A stretch of 64,000 nt of DNA from Verrucomicrobia bacterium UBA3841 (GTDB lineage: Bacteria; Verrucomicrobiota; Kiritimatiellia; RFP12; UBA1067): contig DGHT01000014.1 in assembly GCA_002392765.1 (NCBI GenBank), positions 38,951 through 102,950 on the forward strand, in the 5' to 3' direction. The position numbers and the translations under genes were made by a program. Every line of letters begins with the position of its first letter. Position 1 is the stretch's first letter. The notes under the pieces are model-generated. The model saw only the letters and a list, made by a program, of their open reading frames with translations, did no database searches and was not told where the DNA came from. Of this stretch, positions 27,074-37,986 are shown piece by piece.

Positions 27074-28234
27074 TTAAAAGCGCGGGGTCTGCGAAATGAA
27101 TGTTCTCATCGCGGCGTATATGGCGCTTGCATCGAACTCCTTTTCGGCCATTTCCCTCGCGCCGCGGCGCATTGCGGAAAGGTTCGCGCGAAGCGCCGAC
27201 AGCGACATCGCGAGGCTCGCAGGATCGCCCGGCCTGTAATGGACGCCGGCGCCGTAGCGCGCGAGCAGCGCGTCGCACTCCCCTCCGAGGGAGCTTGCCA
27301 CGGCAAGGCCGGCGCGCGCATAGTCGGCCAGCTTGTACGGAATGCCGACGCAGCTTTCGGGCGACATGGGCACCAGTCCGGCGTCCGCGGACGCGAGGAA
27401 CCGCCCCAGCTCCGCATCTCCCAGATAGCCGCGGAACGAAACGCGCCCGTCCGCGCGCATCGACGAGGCAAGACGCTCCAGTTCCGCGCGTCTTTCCCCC
27501 TCTCCGGCTATCGCAAGCTCAAGCCCCGGGTCCATCGCCACCGCCTCGATCGCCGTGACGAGATCGTACGTCACTCCAAGACTCCCGGCGTACGCTATCT
27601 TGAGGCGGCCGCCTCCGGCCGCCCCGTCGCGGCGGAGAGGAGCCGACATGTCTATGCCGTGGTAGAATCTTTTCGCGGGACCTTTGAAACCGTACGACCG
27701 GACGACTTCGAGAAACCGGTCGCTCACCGCGGTGACCGCATCCGCCGAACGGTAGTTCGACTTTGCGAGCTGGCGCAGGGGGAAAAGAAGGAACCCCGGA
27801 ACCACGCGTTCGAAAGTCTCGGGCCAGACGTCCTGCACGTCCAGGACGAACTTCGCCCCGCACCGGCGCGCGAAAGCACCAGCCTGCCGGGCCGCCGAAA
27901 GCGGCGGCGAACTCGCCACAACGATGTCGGGCGCGTCCTTCTCCGCCTCGGCCGCCTTGCGCCAGTTGCGCGCCCACGCGACATGCGCGAGCGCGCGCTT
28001 CAGCGACACGTTTCTGGAGTATTCCGGCGACTCGACGACGGCGAGTCGGAACGGCGGCGCGGGAAAGCCGGACAGGAAAATCCGCTTGCGTTTGGCGATG
28101 TGGCTGAAATCGCACGTCCAGTACGTCACGTCGTCGCCCAGCCGGGCGAACGTCTCGCACATCGTCCAGTAGCGAAGCGGACGGTATCCCTCGCAGGGAA
28201 GGTTGTCGAAGGGGTTTACGACCCAGACTCTCAC
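27074..28234 (-). CDS. Family 4 (GT-B) glycosyltransferase
   Basis: 386 aa. The N-terminus MRVWVVNPFDNLP.. and a C-terminal GIPYKLADYARAGLAV.. region resemble the E-x7-E part of GT4 enzymes by eye. Confidence 0.7.
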   Translation of the reverse strand: MRVWVVNPFDNLPCEGYRPLRYWTMCETFARLGDDVTYWTCDFSHIAKRKRIFLSGFPAPPFRLAVVESPEYSRNVSLKRALAHVAWARNWRKAAEAEKDAPDIVVASSPPLSAARQAGAFARRCGAKFVLDVQDVWPETFERVVPGFLLFPLRQLAKSNYRSADAVTAVSDRFLEVVRSYGFKGPAKRFYHGIDMSAPLRRDGAAGGGRLKIAYAGSLGVTYDLVTAIEAVAMDPGLELAIAGEGERRAELERLASSMRADGRVSFRGYLGDAELGRFLASADAGLVPMSPESCVGIPYKLADYARAGLAVASSLGGECDALLARYGAGVHYRPGDPASLAMSLSALRANLSAMRRGAREMAEKEFDASAIYAAMRTFISQTPRF

Positions 28235-28238
28235 GCCG

Positions 28239-29546
28239 TCAGAAGCGGTATGTGACGCCCATGCACACGCAGTGGCTGTAGGCGTTGTGCACGTGCATCT
28301 TGTGAACGGAATCGTCGTACTGGGAGTATTCGCCCTTGATGCGCTGGCTCGTGGATTCCTGGATTATCAGACCGTAGGTCAAGGCGAGTTCCCAGTCGCC
28401 GGCGTCGCTCGTCCAGACGACGCCCGTCGTCACGATATGGCGGTCGCCCACGGGAAGCATCGTGTGGTCGTAGCCGACGCGGTTGCGGCAGGGGTCCCAG
28501 TCGTACGTGTACCCCGCCATGACCTCCCAGTTGTCCGTCAGGTCGTATCCGACGCCGAAGCCCGTCCTGTACGTGTTGCGCCAGTCCATCTTGAGTTCGT
28601 TCTCCTCGACCTTGCGCGATATCGGGTTGAAAACGTCGAATCTCAATGCGCTCATCTTGGACCACTCTATCCAGCTGACCGATCCGCCGAGGTGGAACCT
28701 GTCTATCCACAGCGCGTTGTCCCAGTTGAAGCCGGCGGTGATCTGGGCGGGCAACTGTATCGTTTCGTCGAGCTTGTTGCGGTGCGTGTCGAAGTCGGAA
28801 CCCGTCCAGCGGGCGGAGCCTTTTAGTTTCGTCTTGACGCGCGAGCGGTACATGACGCCGAGGGAGAAATCGTCCGTCACGCGGTATCTCGTGCCGGCGG
28901 CGAGTCCCACGCCGACGTCATCCTCGTTGTCGGCCCGTATCCGCAGCTTGTTCCTGCCGCGCGCGGGGGCATGCAGGAATCCGTGCGACTGCGCCATGTA
29001 CATCCGGTCGACAAAACCGAAATCGCGCACCATGCGCGTCTCGAAATTCACGAATGTGAAACGCGGGCCTATGCCGAACGACCAGTTGTCCGTGATGTCG
29101 TACGACAGGACGGGCTGGATCGTGTAGCCTTCCAGGAGCGTTTCCGTGGAATCGTGCTTGAGTTCCCAATGGTTGTTGTACGCGCTGGCGAGACCGAAAT
29201 CGCCGAACGCGCCGAAACCGAAGTGGAAGCCCCATGGCAGTTCCTGCGTGACGAACACGTTGGGGTAAGCGAGCCACCCGGAGTTCATGCGCGTGTCGTG
29301 CTTCATGTCGACGCGCGCGTCGGCGCGGGGGTTCAGCATGGTCACGCCGACCGTCACGACGGTTCCCGTCAGCGATTGCATGGCTCCGGGGTTGTAGTAG
29401 ACCGCCGAGGCGTTTCGCGGGTTCGCGAACACGTGTCCGCCGAACGCCGTCGAGGCCGCGTCCATTTCGTAAAGACCGAACCCGGCGCCTGCCGCGGACA
29501 GCGCCGCGGCGGACAGCGCCGCGGCGATTGCGATGCGTCTGGCCAT
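28239..29546 (-). CDS. Outer-membrane transport protein of the OMPP1/FadL/TodX family
   Basis: 435 aa. Signal peptide MARRIAIAAALSAAALSAAGA, then GFGLYEMDAASTAFGGHVFANPRNASAVYYNPGAM (family N-terminal motif), and a C-terminal aromatic residue (..VTYRF). Confidence 0.8.
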   Translation of the reverse strand: MARRIAIAAALSAAALSAAGAGFGLYEMDAASTAFGGHVFANPRNASAVYYNPGAMQSLTGTVVTVGVTMLNPRADARVDMKHDTRMNSGWLAYPNVFVTQELPWGFHFGFGAFGDFGLASAYNNHWELKHDSTETLLEGYTIQPVLSYDITDNWSFGIGPRFTFVNFETRMVRDFGFVDRMYMAQSHGFLHAPARGRNKLRIRADNEDDVGVGLAAGTRYRVTDDFSLGVMYRSRVKTKLKGSARWTGSDFDTHRNKLDETIQLPAQITAGFNWDNALWIDRFHLGGSVSWIEWSKMSALRFDVFNPISRKVEENELKMDWRNTYRTGFGVGYDLTDNWEVMAGYTYDWDPCRNRVGYDHTMLPVGDRHIVTTGVVWTSDAGDWELALTYGLIIQESTSQRIKGEYSQYDDSVHKMHVHNAYSHCVCMGVTYRF

Positions 29547-29574
29547 GCTTGCTCCTTTCTGACTGTGTTTCCGT

Positions 29575-30819
29575 TCAGGACGCGGCTATCGCCTTTGCCA
29601 GGGCGTTTCCGAATCCGGAACATTTCACTTCCGTCGCGCCTTCCATCTGGCGCGCGAAATCGTACGTGACGGTCTTCGCGGCGATGACCTCGTCCATGGC
29701 CTTTATGATCAGGTCCGCCGCTTCCGTCCAGCCCATGTATCTGAACATCATCTCGCCGGAAAGGATCAGCGAACCGGGATTCACCTTGTCGAGCCCCGCG
29801 TACTTGGGCGCGGTGCCGTGGGTCGCCTCGAACACCGCGACGCCTGTCGCGTAGTTTATGTTCGCCCCGGGCGCGATTCCTATGCCGCCCACCGTCGCGG
29901 CGAGCGCGTCCGACACGTAGTCGCCGTTCAGATTCAGCGTGGCGATCACGTCGTATTCCGCCGGGCGCGTCAGTATCTGCTGGAGGAACGCGTCGCAGAT
30001 GCAGTCCTTCACGACGATCGTACGCCCCGTGCGCGGGTTTTTGAATTCGCACCAGGGCCCGTCGCCGATCAATGTCGCGCCGTACTCGCGCCTCGCCAGC
30101 GCATATCCCCAGTCGCGGAACGCGCCTTCGGTGAACTTCTGGATGTTCCCCTTGTGAACGAGCGTCACCGACTTGCGGTCGTTGGCGACGGCGTAGTCGA
30201 GCGCGGCCCTGACGAGGCGCTCCGTCCCCTCCAGGCTCACGGGTTTGATGCCTATCGACGCCGTTGCGGGGAATCTGATTTTCTTTACGCCCATTTCCCC
30301 CAGGAGGAACGCCTTGACCTTCTCGACCTCCGGCGTTCCGTTCATCCACTCGATGCCGGCGTAGATGTCTTCCGTGTTCTCGCGGAAGATCACCATGTCC
30401 GTGAGTTCCGGACGCTTCACCGGGGAAGGCACGCCTTTGAACCACCTGACAGGTCTGAGGCAGACGTAGAGATCGAGCTCCTGCCGCATCGCGACGTTGA
30501 TCGACCTGATGCCGCCGCCCACCGGCGTTGTCAGGGGCCCTTTTATGGACACTGTGTATTCCCTGCACGCGTCGAGCGTCTCGCGCGGCAGCCACTCGCC
30601 GGTCGCCTTGTACGCCTTTTCCCCGGCAAGGACTTCCTTCCAGAGGACTTTTCTCTTTCCGCCGTAGGCCTTCTCGACCGCCGCGTTCCACACCCGCATC
30701 GCGGCCGCCGTTATGTCGGGCCCTGTTCCGTCGCCTTCGATGTACGGAATGACCGGCGTATCCGGAACGCACAGCTTTCCGTCCGCCATGGAAATCGCGT
30801 TGGCTTTTGAATCTGACAT
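29575..30819 (-). CDS. icd: NADP-dependent isocitrate dehydrogenase
   Basis: 414 aa. [31 protein letters not shown] and [10 protein letters not shown] are present. Confidence 0.95.
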   Translation of the reverse strand: MSDSKANAISMADGKLCVPDTPVIPYIEGDGTGPDITAAAMRVWNAAVEKAYGGKRKVLWKEVLAGEKAYKATGEWLPRETLDACREYTVSIKGPLTTPVGGGIRSINVAMRQELDLYVCLRPVRWFKGVPSPVKRPELTDMVIFRENTEDIYAGIEWMNGTPEVEKVKAFLLGEMGVKKIRFPATASIGIKPVSLEGTERLVRAALDYAVANDRKSVTLVHKGNIQKFTEGAFRDWGYALARREYGATLIGDGPWCEFKNPRTGRTIVVKDCICDAFLQQILTRPAEYDVIATLNLNGDYVSDALAATVGGIGIAPGANINYATGVAVFEATHGTAPKYAGLDKVNPGSLILSGEMMFRYMGWTEAADLIIKAMDEVIAAKTVTYDFARQMEGATEVKCSGFGNALAKAIAAS

Positions 30820-30853
30820 GATTTCGCGCCCTTTCCCTTGCCGGTTCCGCAGA

Positions 30854-32032
30854 TCACGCGCGGCTTTTCGCGAAAGCCTCTATCGCGAAATCGATATCGG
30901 CCTCCGAATGCGCGGCGGACATCTGCGTGCGGATCCTCGCCTTGCCCATCGGGACGACGGGATAGAAGAAGGCCGTGGCATAGACGCCGTTCTTGTAGAG
31001 GTTCTCGCTCATCTTGACCGCGACGACCGCGTCTCCAAGCATGACGGGGACGATGGGGTGGTGTCCGGGCACAAGATCGAATCCGAGCGCGGACATTCCC
31101 TCGCGGAAGCGCTTTGCGTTCGCGTTGAGGCGAGCGCGCAGCTCCGGGCGCGTCCTGACCAGTTCGATCGCCTTGATCGACGCGGCGGCGACGGGCGGCG
31201 GAACGGCGTTCGAAAACAGATACGGCCTGGCCTTCTGGCGAAGGATGTCGACTATCTCCTGCCTCGCGGCCACATATCCGCCGGAAGCGCCGCCGAGAGC
31301 CTTGCCGAACGTGCCCGTTATGATGTCCACGCGACCGCAGACCCCGCAATCCTCGACGGATCCCGCGCCGGTCTCGCCGAGTACGCCCACCGCGTGCGAA
31401 TCGTCGACCATCACGAGCGCGGAATACTTGTCGGCGAGATCGCATATCTCCTTCAGAGGGGCGATGATGCCGTCCATCGAAAACACGCCGTCCGTCACAA
31501 TCAGCTTGAACCGCGCGCCCGCCTCGTCCGCGGCCTGGAGCTGCTTTTCGAGGTCCGCCATGTCCCCGTTCGCGTAGCGGAAGCGCTTCGCCTTGCAGAG
31601 CCTGACGCCGTCGATGATCGAAGCGTGGTTGAGTGCGTCGGAGATGATCGCGTCCTCGGGTCCGAGAAGCGCCTCGAACACGCCTCCGTTCGCGTCGAAG
31701 CACGAGCCGAAAAGAATGCAGTCGTCCGTCTTGGTGAATTCGGCGACCGTGCGCTCGAGCTCCTTGTGAAGGCTGTCCGTGCCGCAGATGAACCTGACCG
31801 ATCCCATGCCGTAGCCGTACTTCGCCGTCGCCTCGCGGCTCGCTTCGATGATTTCGGGATGGTTCGCGAGCCCCAGATAGTTGTTCGCGCACATGTTCAG
31901 AAGTTTCGTCCCGTTGTCAAGCACGACGTTCGCGCCCTGCGGGGTAGCGATCGTCTTTTCAATCTTGTAGAGACTCTTCGCCTTGAGATCCGCGATCGTC
32001 TCCTGCAGATACGCCTGGAATTTTCCGTACAT
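30854..32032 (-). CDS. kbl: Glycine C-acetyltransferase (2-amino-3-ketobutyrate CoA ligase)
   Basis: 392 aa. [11 protein letters not shown] and DDSHAVG are present along with the TFGKALGG pyridoxal-Lys region. It is adjacent to tdh. Confidence 0.92.
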   Translation of the reverse strand: MYGKFQAYLQETIADLKAKSLYKIEKTIATPQGANVVLDNGTKLLNMCANNYLGLANHPEIIEASREATAKYGYGMGSVRFICGTDSLHKELERTVAEFTKTDDCILFGSCFDANGGVFEALLGPEDAIISDALNHASIIDGVRLCKAKRFRYANGDMADLEKQLQAADEAGARFKLIVTDGVFSMDGIIAPLKEICDLADKYSALVMVDDSHAVGVLGETGAGSVEDCGVCGRVDIITGTFGKALGGASGGYVAARQEIVDILRQKARPYLFSNAVPPPVAAASIKAIELVRTRPELRARLNANAKRFREGMSALGFDLVPGHHPIVPVMLGDAVVAVKMSENLYKNGVYATAFFYPVVPMGKARIRTQMSAAHSEADIDFAIEAFAKSRA

Positions 32033-32078
32033 TTTATTTTCTCCTTTGACGCCGCCGGATGATCCGGCGGATTGTCAT

Positions 32079-32107
32079 AGTATAGCAAATTTGGTTCGAT
32101 AGCGCAA
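32079..32107 (-). promoter_or_regulatory. Candidate sigma70 promoter for kbl
   Basis: Minus strand reads TTGCGC (32107..32102) - 17 nt - TATACT (32084..32079), preceded by TGC (extended -10). The leader contains the hairpin CCGCCGGA-TCA-TCCGGCGG (32071..32053). Confidence 0.45.
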
Positions 32108-32237
32108 CCCCGACTTTGGCGCGCCAGAGATTCCGCATCCGGGAGAGGGACGCACGCCCGCGGACGGCAGCTTCTCTTCCTCGATGTCGGGGTTCACCGC
32201 CGAAAGACGGCGCATCTCCCCGGCAACCGCCGGGGGG

Positions 32238-33263
32238 CTACTCCCAGTCGAGGATCACCTTGCCGGACTTGCCGGAGATCATGGCCTCGAAACCCTTCTC
32301 GAAATCGTCGCACGTGAACCTGTGGGTTATGACGGGGCTTATGTCGAGACCGCCCTGTATCATGGCTCCCATCTTGTACCACGTTTCGAACATTTCACGT
32401 CCGTAGATGCCCTTTATCTTGAGACCTTTCCAGACGATGTGGTTCCAGTTCACCTTCGTGTCGGGGTTGTGGATTCCGAGAAGCGCGATGCGCCCGCCGG
32501 TGTTCATCGATTCGATCATCTGGTTGAGGCACGGCGCGGCGCCGGACATTTCGAGGCCGACGTCGAAGCCTTCCACCATGCCGAGCTGCCGCATGACGTC
32601 CTCGAGCTTTTCGTTTTTGGCGTTCACCGTGCGCGTCGCGCCGAGGCGCTTGGCGAGATTGAGGCGGTAGTCGTTCACGTCGACGACCACCACGTTGCGC
32701 GCGCCGACGTACTTGGATATGCCCGCCGCCATGATCCCTATCGGACCCGCCCCCGTGATAAGGACGTCTTCGCCTACCATGTTGAACGAAAGCGCGGTAT
32801 GGGTGGCGTTGCCGAACGGGTCGAATATCGAGTATAGTTCGTCGTCGATCGAAGGATCGCAGTGCCACACGTTCGTTTCCGGTATGACCAGATATTCCGC
32901 GAACGCGCCGTCGCGGTTCACGCCCACGCCCTTCGTCTCGCGGCAGAGGTGGCGCTGTCCGGCGCGGCAGTTGCGGCAGTGTCCGCACACGATGTGGCCT
33001 TCGCCGCTCACGCGCTCGCCGACCTTGACGCTCTTGACGTTCGAGCCGACGTCCACGACTTCCCCTACATACTCGTGTCCGATCGTCAGCGGCGGTTTGA
33101 TCTCCTCCTGCGCCCAGGCGTTCCACTCGTAGATATGGACGTCCGTGCCGCAGATTGCGGTTTTCTTTATTTTGATCAAGACGTCGTTTATGCCCATCTC
33201 GGGCATCGGTTTCTCGACCATCTCCACCCCGCGGGCGGGGGCCGTTTTGGCTATTGCTTTCAT
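32238..33263 (-). CDS. tdh: L-threonine 3-dehydrogenase
   Basis: ORF 32238..33662 is over-extended. ATG 33263 (GGAAAGGAGAA upstream) gives 341 aa: [63 protein letters not shown]. Confidence 0.95.
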   Translation of the reverse strand: MKAIAKTAPARGVEMVEKPMPEMGINDVLIKIKKTAICGTDVHIYEWNAWAQEEIKPPLTIGHEYVGEVVDVGSNVKSVKVGERVSGEGHIVCGHCRNCRAGQRHLCRETKGVGVNRDGAFAEYLVIPETNVWHCDPSIDDELYSIFDPFGNATHTALSFNMVGEDVLITGAGPIGIMAAGISKYVGARNVVVVDVNDYRLNLAKRLGATRTVNAKNEKLEDVMRQLGMVEGFDVGLEMSGAAPCLNQMIESMNTGGRIALLGIHNPDTKVNWNHIVWKGLKIKGIYGREMFETWYKMGAMIQGGLDISPVITHRFTCDDFEKGFEAMISGKSGKVILDWE

Positions 33264-33310
33264 GTTCGATTCTCCTTTCCTGAAATTGCCGGGGAGTCCG
33301 CGGCGCCCCG

Positions 33311-36300
33311 TCACGCCTTTCTTCCGAGATCTGCCAGCCTCATCGATATGATGCGGCTCACGCCCTTCTCCTGCTGGCTCACCCCGTATACGAGATCGGA
33401 TCCGGCGATGGTGTGCTGGTTGTGCGTTATGATGAGGAACTGCGACTTGACGAGGAACTCCTTCAGCTGTTCCACGAAACGCCCGATGTTGGCGTCGTCG
33501 AGAGCAGCGTCGAGTTCGTCCAGCATGCAGAACGGGGCGGGCTTGATCATGAAGATCGAGAAGAGCAGCGCGACCGCCGTCATCGTCCTCTCGCCGCCCG
33601 AAAGCAGCGTGACGGACTGCGGCCTCTTGCCGGGCGGACGGGCGATGATGTCGATGCCGCATTCGAGAGGATCGGCGTCGTTCTCGAGAAGGACCAGCCT
33701 CGCCTCTCCGCCGCCGAAAAGCTTGGTGAACATCGTCTGGAAATTCGCGTTCGCCTGCTCGAACGTCTTGCGGAACATGTCGGACGACGTCGTGTTGAGA
33801 TTCGTTATAAGCTCGAGTATCTGCGCCTTCGCGGCGATGAGGTCAGCCTCCTGCTCCTTCTCCTTCGCGTAGCGCTCCTCGAGTTCGCGGCATTCTTCGA
33901 TGGCCACCATGTTCACCGGACCGAGCGCCGCGATTTCGGACTGCAGGCTCGCAACCTTCCTCTCCAGTTCGTCCAGAGGCGGCACGACCCCGCCCTTCCA
34001 TTCCGGGTCCGGTTCGCGCAGAACGGCGTCCATGAAAAGCCCGTACTCGTCCTGCAGGTGGTCGTAGAGGTTCTGGCGCTTCATGCCGAGTTCCGCGGAC
34101 TGCACTTCGAGCTTGCTGCGGAAATCGCGCGCGTTGTCAAGGCCCGTGCGTTTCTCGGACACCGCCCTGTCGCAGACGGACAGTTTCGACATCAGTTCCA
34201 TCCGCTTCTCTTTTTCGCTCTCCATCTTCGCCGAGGATTCGACGGCCCTTTCGCGCAGGACGTCCAGATTCGCCGTCAGTCCGGCGCTTTCCTCCCTTAG
34301 GCGGTTTATCGACTCCTCGTATCCTTTAATGCCGCTCTCGCGCCCCTCGATCGCCTTGTCGAGCTCCTCGCGGCGCCTGGCGGAACTTTCAAGCTGCTGC
34401 CCCACGAAGGAAAGCTCCTGCTCCATCTGGCTCTTGGCGATTCTCCGTTCGGTAAGCGCCTGCGAAGCGGTCATGTTCCCGGTTTCGAGAGAGCGGTATT
34501 CGTCCTGCAGCGTCGCGACGGACTCTATGAGCTCGTCGCGCCTGGCGACGACCTCGTCCAGCTCTTTGGCGAGCGCGTCGCGCTTTTCCATGCCCTCCCT
34601 GTCCGTCTCGACGGCGGCGGCCAGGGCGGCGCGCGCATCCTCGAGCCGCTTCGCGAGGGCGTCCGCGTCGCGCTTGACGAGCGTCTCCTCGCCGTCCGCC
34701 TGCGCAGCCGCGCGTCTGGCGGCGGAAAGACGCTCCTCCCCGGACGACAGGGCCTGCGTCGCAGCGGACATCCTTTCAGCCGAATTCTCGATCGTGTCCC
34801 TGGCGGCGGATATGCGGCGGCGCAAATCTTCAAGTTCCGTTTCAGCCTCCGTTATCGGCGACTTTTTCCCGGACGTCGGCTCTATGGATGTCGACGGGAA
34901 CCACGTTCCGTTCCCGCCCGACTTGAGCGCCATGTCGCCGAGAAGCCTCTCGGCCGCCTCGCGGCTCTCCTCCGGAACGGCGAGACGGTCGACGAGCCTG
35001 TCGCCTTCGGAAACCTCTCCCGCGCCCGTTTCCAGCGCGGCGATCCTGACCGCGCCGGAATCGTCCTCGAACACGGACTCCAGCACGGATTTAGCGGCCG
35101 CCTCGTCTTTCAGCATTTCAAGCTGCGCCTCTTTCGCCGCAGCTGCGGACTGCATCTCGCCGAGATGCTCGCGGGCGTCCTGTATTTCGGCGCGGAGCTT
35201 TTCAAGGGCGTCCTTCGCAGCCGCGTGCGCCTCGTCCGCCGCGCGCTCCTCTTCGCGCGCCGCGGCGGCCCTCGCGGATATCGCCTCCAGGTTGCGCCGC
35301 GCCTCGCCGACGGACGCCGAAAGACGCTCCTCGTCGGATTTCAGGCGCTCGCGCAGCACTATCGATTCGCGCGCCGACGCCTCTATGCGCGCGATTTCGT
35401 CGCGCACGGCCGCCGCGCGCCTGTCGCACGCCACAGATTCGTCGCGCGCGGACTGGATTGAAACGCGTATCGCGTCGATGCGCTCCTGGGACGCCGCGAA
35501 CGCGTTTTCCGCCTCTTCGAGCGCCTCCGTGGCGGCTGCAAGCGAATCGTTGAGGATGGACGTCTTCTGCTCAAGCGATTCCAGCTGCATCTTCGTTTCT
35601 TCCAGCTGGCGCAGGGTGTCGGCCATCTCGCGTCCGTCGCGCTCTGCGAAACTCCTGTACTCCTCTATACGCTGCGCGTTTACGGCTATGACTTCGTTTG
35701 CGCGCCTGAGCGCGCCTTCCGCGGCGGCCTGTTCGCTTGCCAGCCCCTGCAACCGCTCCTCGAGCGCGTGGAGGGCGGAATGGAGCTCCTGCTGGCTGCT
35801 TTCCGCTTCCGCGACGGCGGCGGACGCCTCGGATATCGCCTGCTCCACCTCCTTGCGGTTTGCCTCGTTCTGCTCGACGAGCAGGTCGAAATCGTGGATC
35901 TTCTGTTTCGAAAGATATATGTCGAGCCCCCTCAAGGCGTCGCGCAGCTCCTTGTGGCGCTGGGCCTTGCCGACCTGACGCTGGAGAGAACCGATCTGCC
36001 GCTTCATCTCGCGCAGGATATCCTCCTCGCGCAGCAGATTCTGGCTCGTCTGCTCTATCTTGCGCATGGCCTCCTTGCGGTCGGCCTTGAACTTGGTTAT
36101 GCCGGCGGCCTCCTCGAACACCGCGCGCCTGTCCTCGGGCTTGGAGGAGAGAATCGCGTCTATCTGGCCCTGCGCCATCACGGAATACGACGACGTGCCA
36201 ATGCCGGTGCCCATGAAAAGATGCTGGACGTCCTTCAGACGGCTCGGCTGCTTGTTTATCAGGTACTCGCCGGAGCCGTCGCGGTAGACGCGCCTTGTCA

Positions 36301-36598
36301 CGGTGACTTCATGGTAGTCGGTGCCGAGCTCCTTCTCGCAGTCGGCGAAGGTTATGGAAACCTCCGCGAGACCGAGCGGCTTTCTAGTGTCGGTTCCGTT
36401 GAACACGACGTCCACGAGCTTGGAGCACCTGAGGGCCGTCGGGCGCTGTTCGCCGAGAACCCAGCGGATGGCGTCGGACACGTTGGACTTGCCGCAGCCG
36501 TTTGGCCCGACTATGGCGATCAGACCGGGATCGAACGTCAGACGGGTCTTGTCCGCGAAGCTTTTGAAGCCGACTATGTCCAGCTGCTTGAGATACAT
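33311..36598 (-). CDS. smc: Chromosome segregation protein SMC
   Basis: 1095 aa. N-terminal Walker A ([13 protein letters not shown]), long coiled coils, a hinge, C-terminal [16 protein letters not shown] and LDELDAALD. Confidence 0.9.
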   Translation of the reverse strand: MYLKQLDIVGFKSFADKTRLTFDPGLIAIVGPNGCGKSNVSDAIRWVLGEQRPTALRCSKLVDVVFNGTDTRKPLGLAEVSITFADCEKELGTDYHEVTVTRRVYRDGSGEYLINKQPSRLKDVQHLFMGTGIGTSSYSVMAQGQIDAILSSKPEDRRAVFEEAAGITKFKADRKEAMRKIEQTSQNLLREEDILREMKRQIGSLQRQVGKAQRHKELRDALRGLDIYLSKQKIHDFDLLVEQNEANRKEVEQAISEASAAVAEAESSQQELHSALHALEERLQGLASEQAAAEGALRRANEVIAVNAQRIEEYRSFAERDGREMADTLRQLEETKMQLESLEQKTSILNDSLAAATEALEEAENAFAASQERIDAIRVSIQSARDESVACDRRAAAVRDEIARIEASARESIVLRERLKSDEERLSASVGEARRNLEAISARAAAAREEERAADEAHAAAKDALEKLRAEIQDAREHLGEMQSAAAAKEAQLEMLKDEAAAKSVLESVFEDDSGAVRIAALETGAGEVSEGDRLVDRLAVPEESREAAERLLGDMALKSGGNGTWFPSTSIEPTSGKKSPITEAETELEDLRRRISAARDTIENSAERMSAATQALSSGEERLSAARRAAAQADGEETLVKRDADALAKRLEDARAALAAAVETDREGMEKRDALAKELDEVVARRDELIESVATLQDEYRSLETGNMTASQALTERRIAKSQMEQELSFVGQQLESSARRREELDKAIEGRESGIKGYEESINRLREESAGLTANLDVLRERAVESSAKMESEKEKRMELMSKLSVCDRAVSEKRTGLDNARDFRSKLEVQSAELGMKRQNLYDHLQDEYGLFMDAVLREPDPEWKGGVVPPLDELERKVASLQSEIAALGPVNMVAIEECRELEERYAKEKEQEADLIAAKAQILELITNLNTTSSDMFRKTFEQANANFQTMFTKLFGGGEARLVLLENDADPLECGIDIIARPPGKRPQSVTLLSGGERTMTAVALLFSIFMIKPAPFCMLDELDAALDDANIGRFVEQLKEFLVKSQFLIITHNQHTIAGSDLVYGVSQQEKGVSRIISMRLADLGRKA

Positions 36599-36604
36599 GA
36601 TTCG

Positions 36605-37879
36605 TCAGATTCCCGTGAAATCGAGCGTCGCGAAATAATCGTCGAGCGTCTCGGCGCGCCGTATTTCCCTTACGGAACCGTCTTCCTCGAGGAGGAGTTC
36701 GGCGCTGCGCAGTTTTCCGTTGTACTGGAAGCCCATGGAGTGTCCGTGCGCCCCGGCGTCGCAGATCACGACGTAGTCGCCGCGCTCCAGGACGGGCAGC
36801 AGCCGCTGGACCGCGAACTTGTCGTTGTTCTCGCAGAGCGAACCCGTGACATCGTACACGCTCGTCGTGGCGGAATTCTCCTTCCCGGGCACGACAATCT
36901 CGTGGTAGGCTCCATACATCCCGGGGCGCATCAGATTGGACATGCAGGCGTCGAGACCCGCGTAGAGCCTGTAGGTGTTCTTTATGTGGCGCACGCGGGA
37001 GACGAGATATCCGTACGGCCCGGTGATGCACCGTCCGCATTCCATGTAAAGCTTGAGGCCTTTCATCCCGGCCTTCTCCACATCCTCGGCGTACGCCCTG
37101 CGGATGCCGTCGGAAAGGTACTGGAAATCCATCGCCTTCTGTCCGGGCTTGTACGGGATTCCGATTCCGCCGCCTATGTTGACGAATTCGAAATCGACGC
37201 CGGTAGCGTCGTGTATGGACGCGGCAAGCGAGAAAAGCATCCTGGCGGTGTCGATTATGTACTCCGGATCGAGTTCGTTCGACGCGACCATCGTGTGGAG
37301 GCCGAAACGGGTGACGCCCGCTTCCTTCATTTTGGCGTAGCATTCGACAGCCTGCTCGCGGGTAAAGCCGTATTTAGCCTCTTCAGGCTTGCCGATTATG
37401 GCATTGCCGCCTTTGAGCGGCCCCGGATTGTAGCGGCAGCAGAAAATGCGCCTGTCCGTTTCTTCGCGGACCTTCGCGGCGAATGACGGTATCGCTTCGT
37501 AGAGGAAATCCCAGTGGGTCGTGTCGTCGAGGTTTATGACCGCTCCCAAATCCCACGCGCGGCGGAACTCCTCGGCCGGGGTGTCGTTCGACGTGAACAT
37601 GATGAGATCGCCGGTGTTGCCCACCCTTTCGGCCAGTTCAAGTTCCGCCATGGACGAACAGTCGCTGCCGAACCCGAACTCCTTGAGAAGCTTCATCAGA
37701 TGCGGATTGGGCGTCGCTTTCACGGCAAAATACTCCCTGAACCCCTTGTTCCACGAGAAAGCCTTCTTAAGGCGCTTCGCATTTTCGCGAATCGCCCTGG
37801 CGTCGTAGATGTGGAACGGGGTCGGCCATTTGGCGGCGATCTCGTCGAGTTTGGCTTTGTCGAACGGCAGCGGTCTCAT
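36605..37879 (-). CDS. Type III PLP-dependent decarboxylase, diaminopimelate decarboxylase-like
   Basis: 424 aa. TPFHIYDARAI and YFAVKATPNPHLMKLL (PLP Lys region) are present, as is the GGGIGIPY motif. Confidence 0.7.
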   Translation of the reverse strand: MRPLPFDKAKLDEIAAKWPTPFHIYDARAIRENAKRLKKAFSWNKGFREYFAVKATPNPHLMKLLKEFGFGSDCSSMAELELAERVGNTGDLIMFTSNDTPAEEFRRAWDLGAVINLDDTTHWDFLYEAIPSFAAKVREETDRRIFCCRYNPGPLKGGNAIIGKPEEAKYGFTREQAVECYAKMKEAGVTRFGLHTMVASNELDPEYIIDTARMLFSLAASIHDATGVDFEFVNIGGGIGIPYKPGQKAMDFQYLSDGIRRAYAEDVEKAGMKGLKLYMECGRCITGPYGYLVSRVRHIKNTYRLYAGLDACMSNLMRPGMYGAYHEIVVPGKENSATTSVYDVTGSLCENNDKFAVQRLLPVLERGDYVVICDAGAHGHSMGFQYNGKLRSAELLLEEDGSVREIRRAETLDDYFATLDFTGI

Positions 37880-37986
37880 CTATTTCTCCATCGTCTCACT
37901 TGTAATCATAGGGAATATAATATCAAAAATGCCGAAAAAATGAAATGGGGAAAAATTGGAAGCCGCTTCTCTTATATCCCGCCAGA

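Noticed and set aside
33264-33662. Over-extended N-termini in the ORF track (tdh here; also nspC 59253..60476, trmB 47012..47224, pgpA 47470..47742, tsaB 48075..48386, the sigma factor 55446..56465, ispF, serC and groEL)
   Set aside because: The extensions overlap the upstream gene in another frame and are Arg/Gly-rich. Canonical N-termini with an RBS or ATGA/GTGA coupling are present internally.
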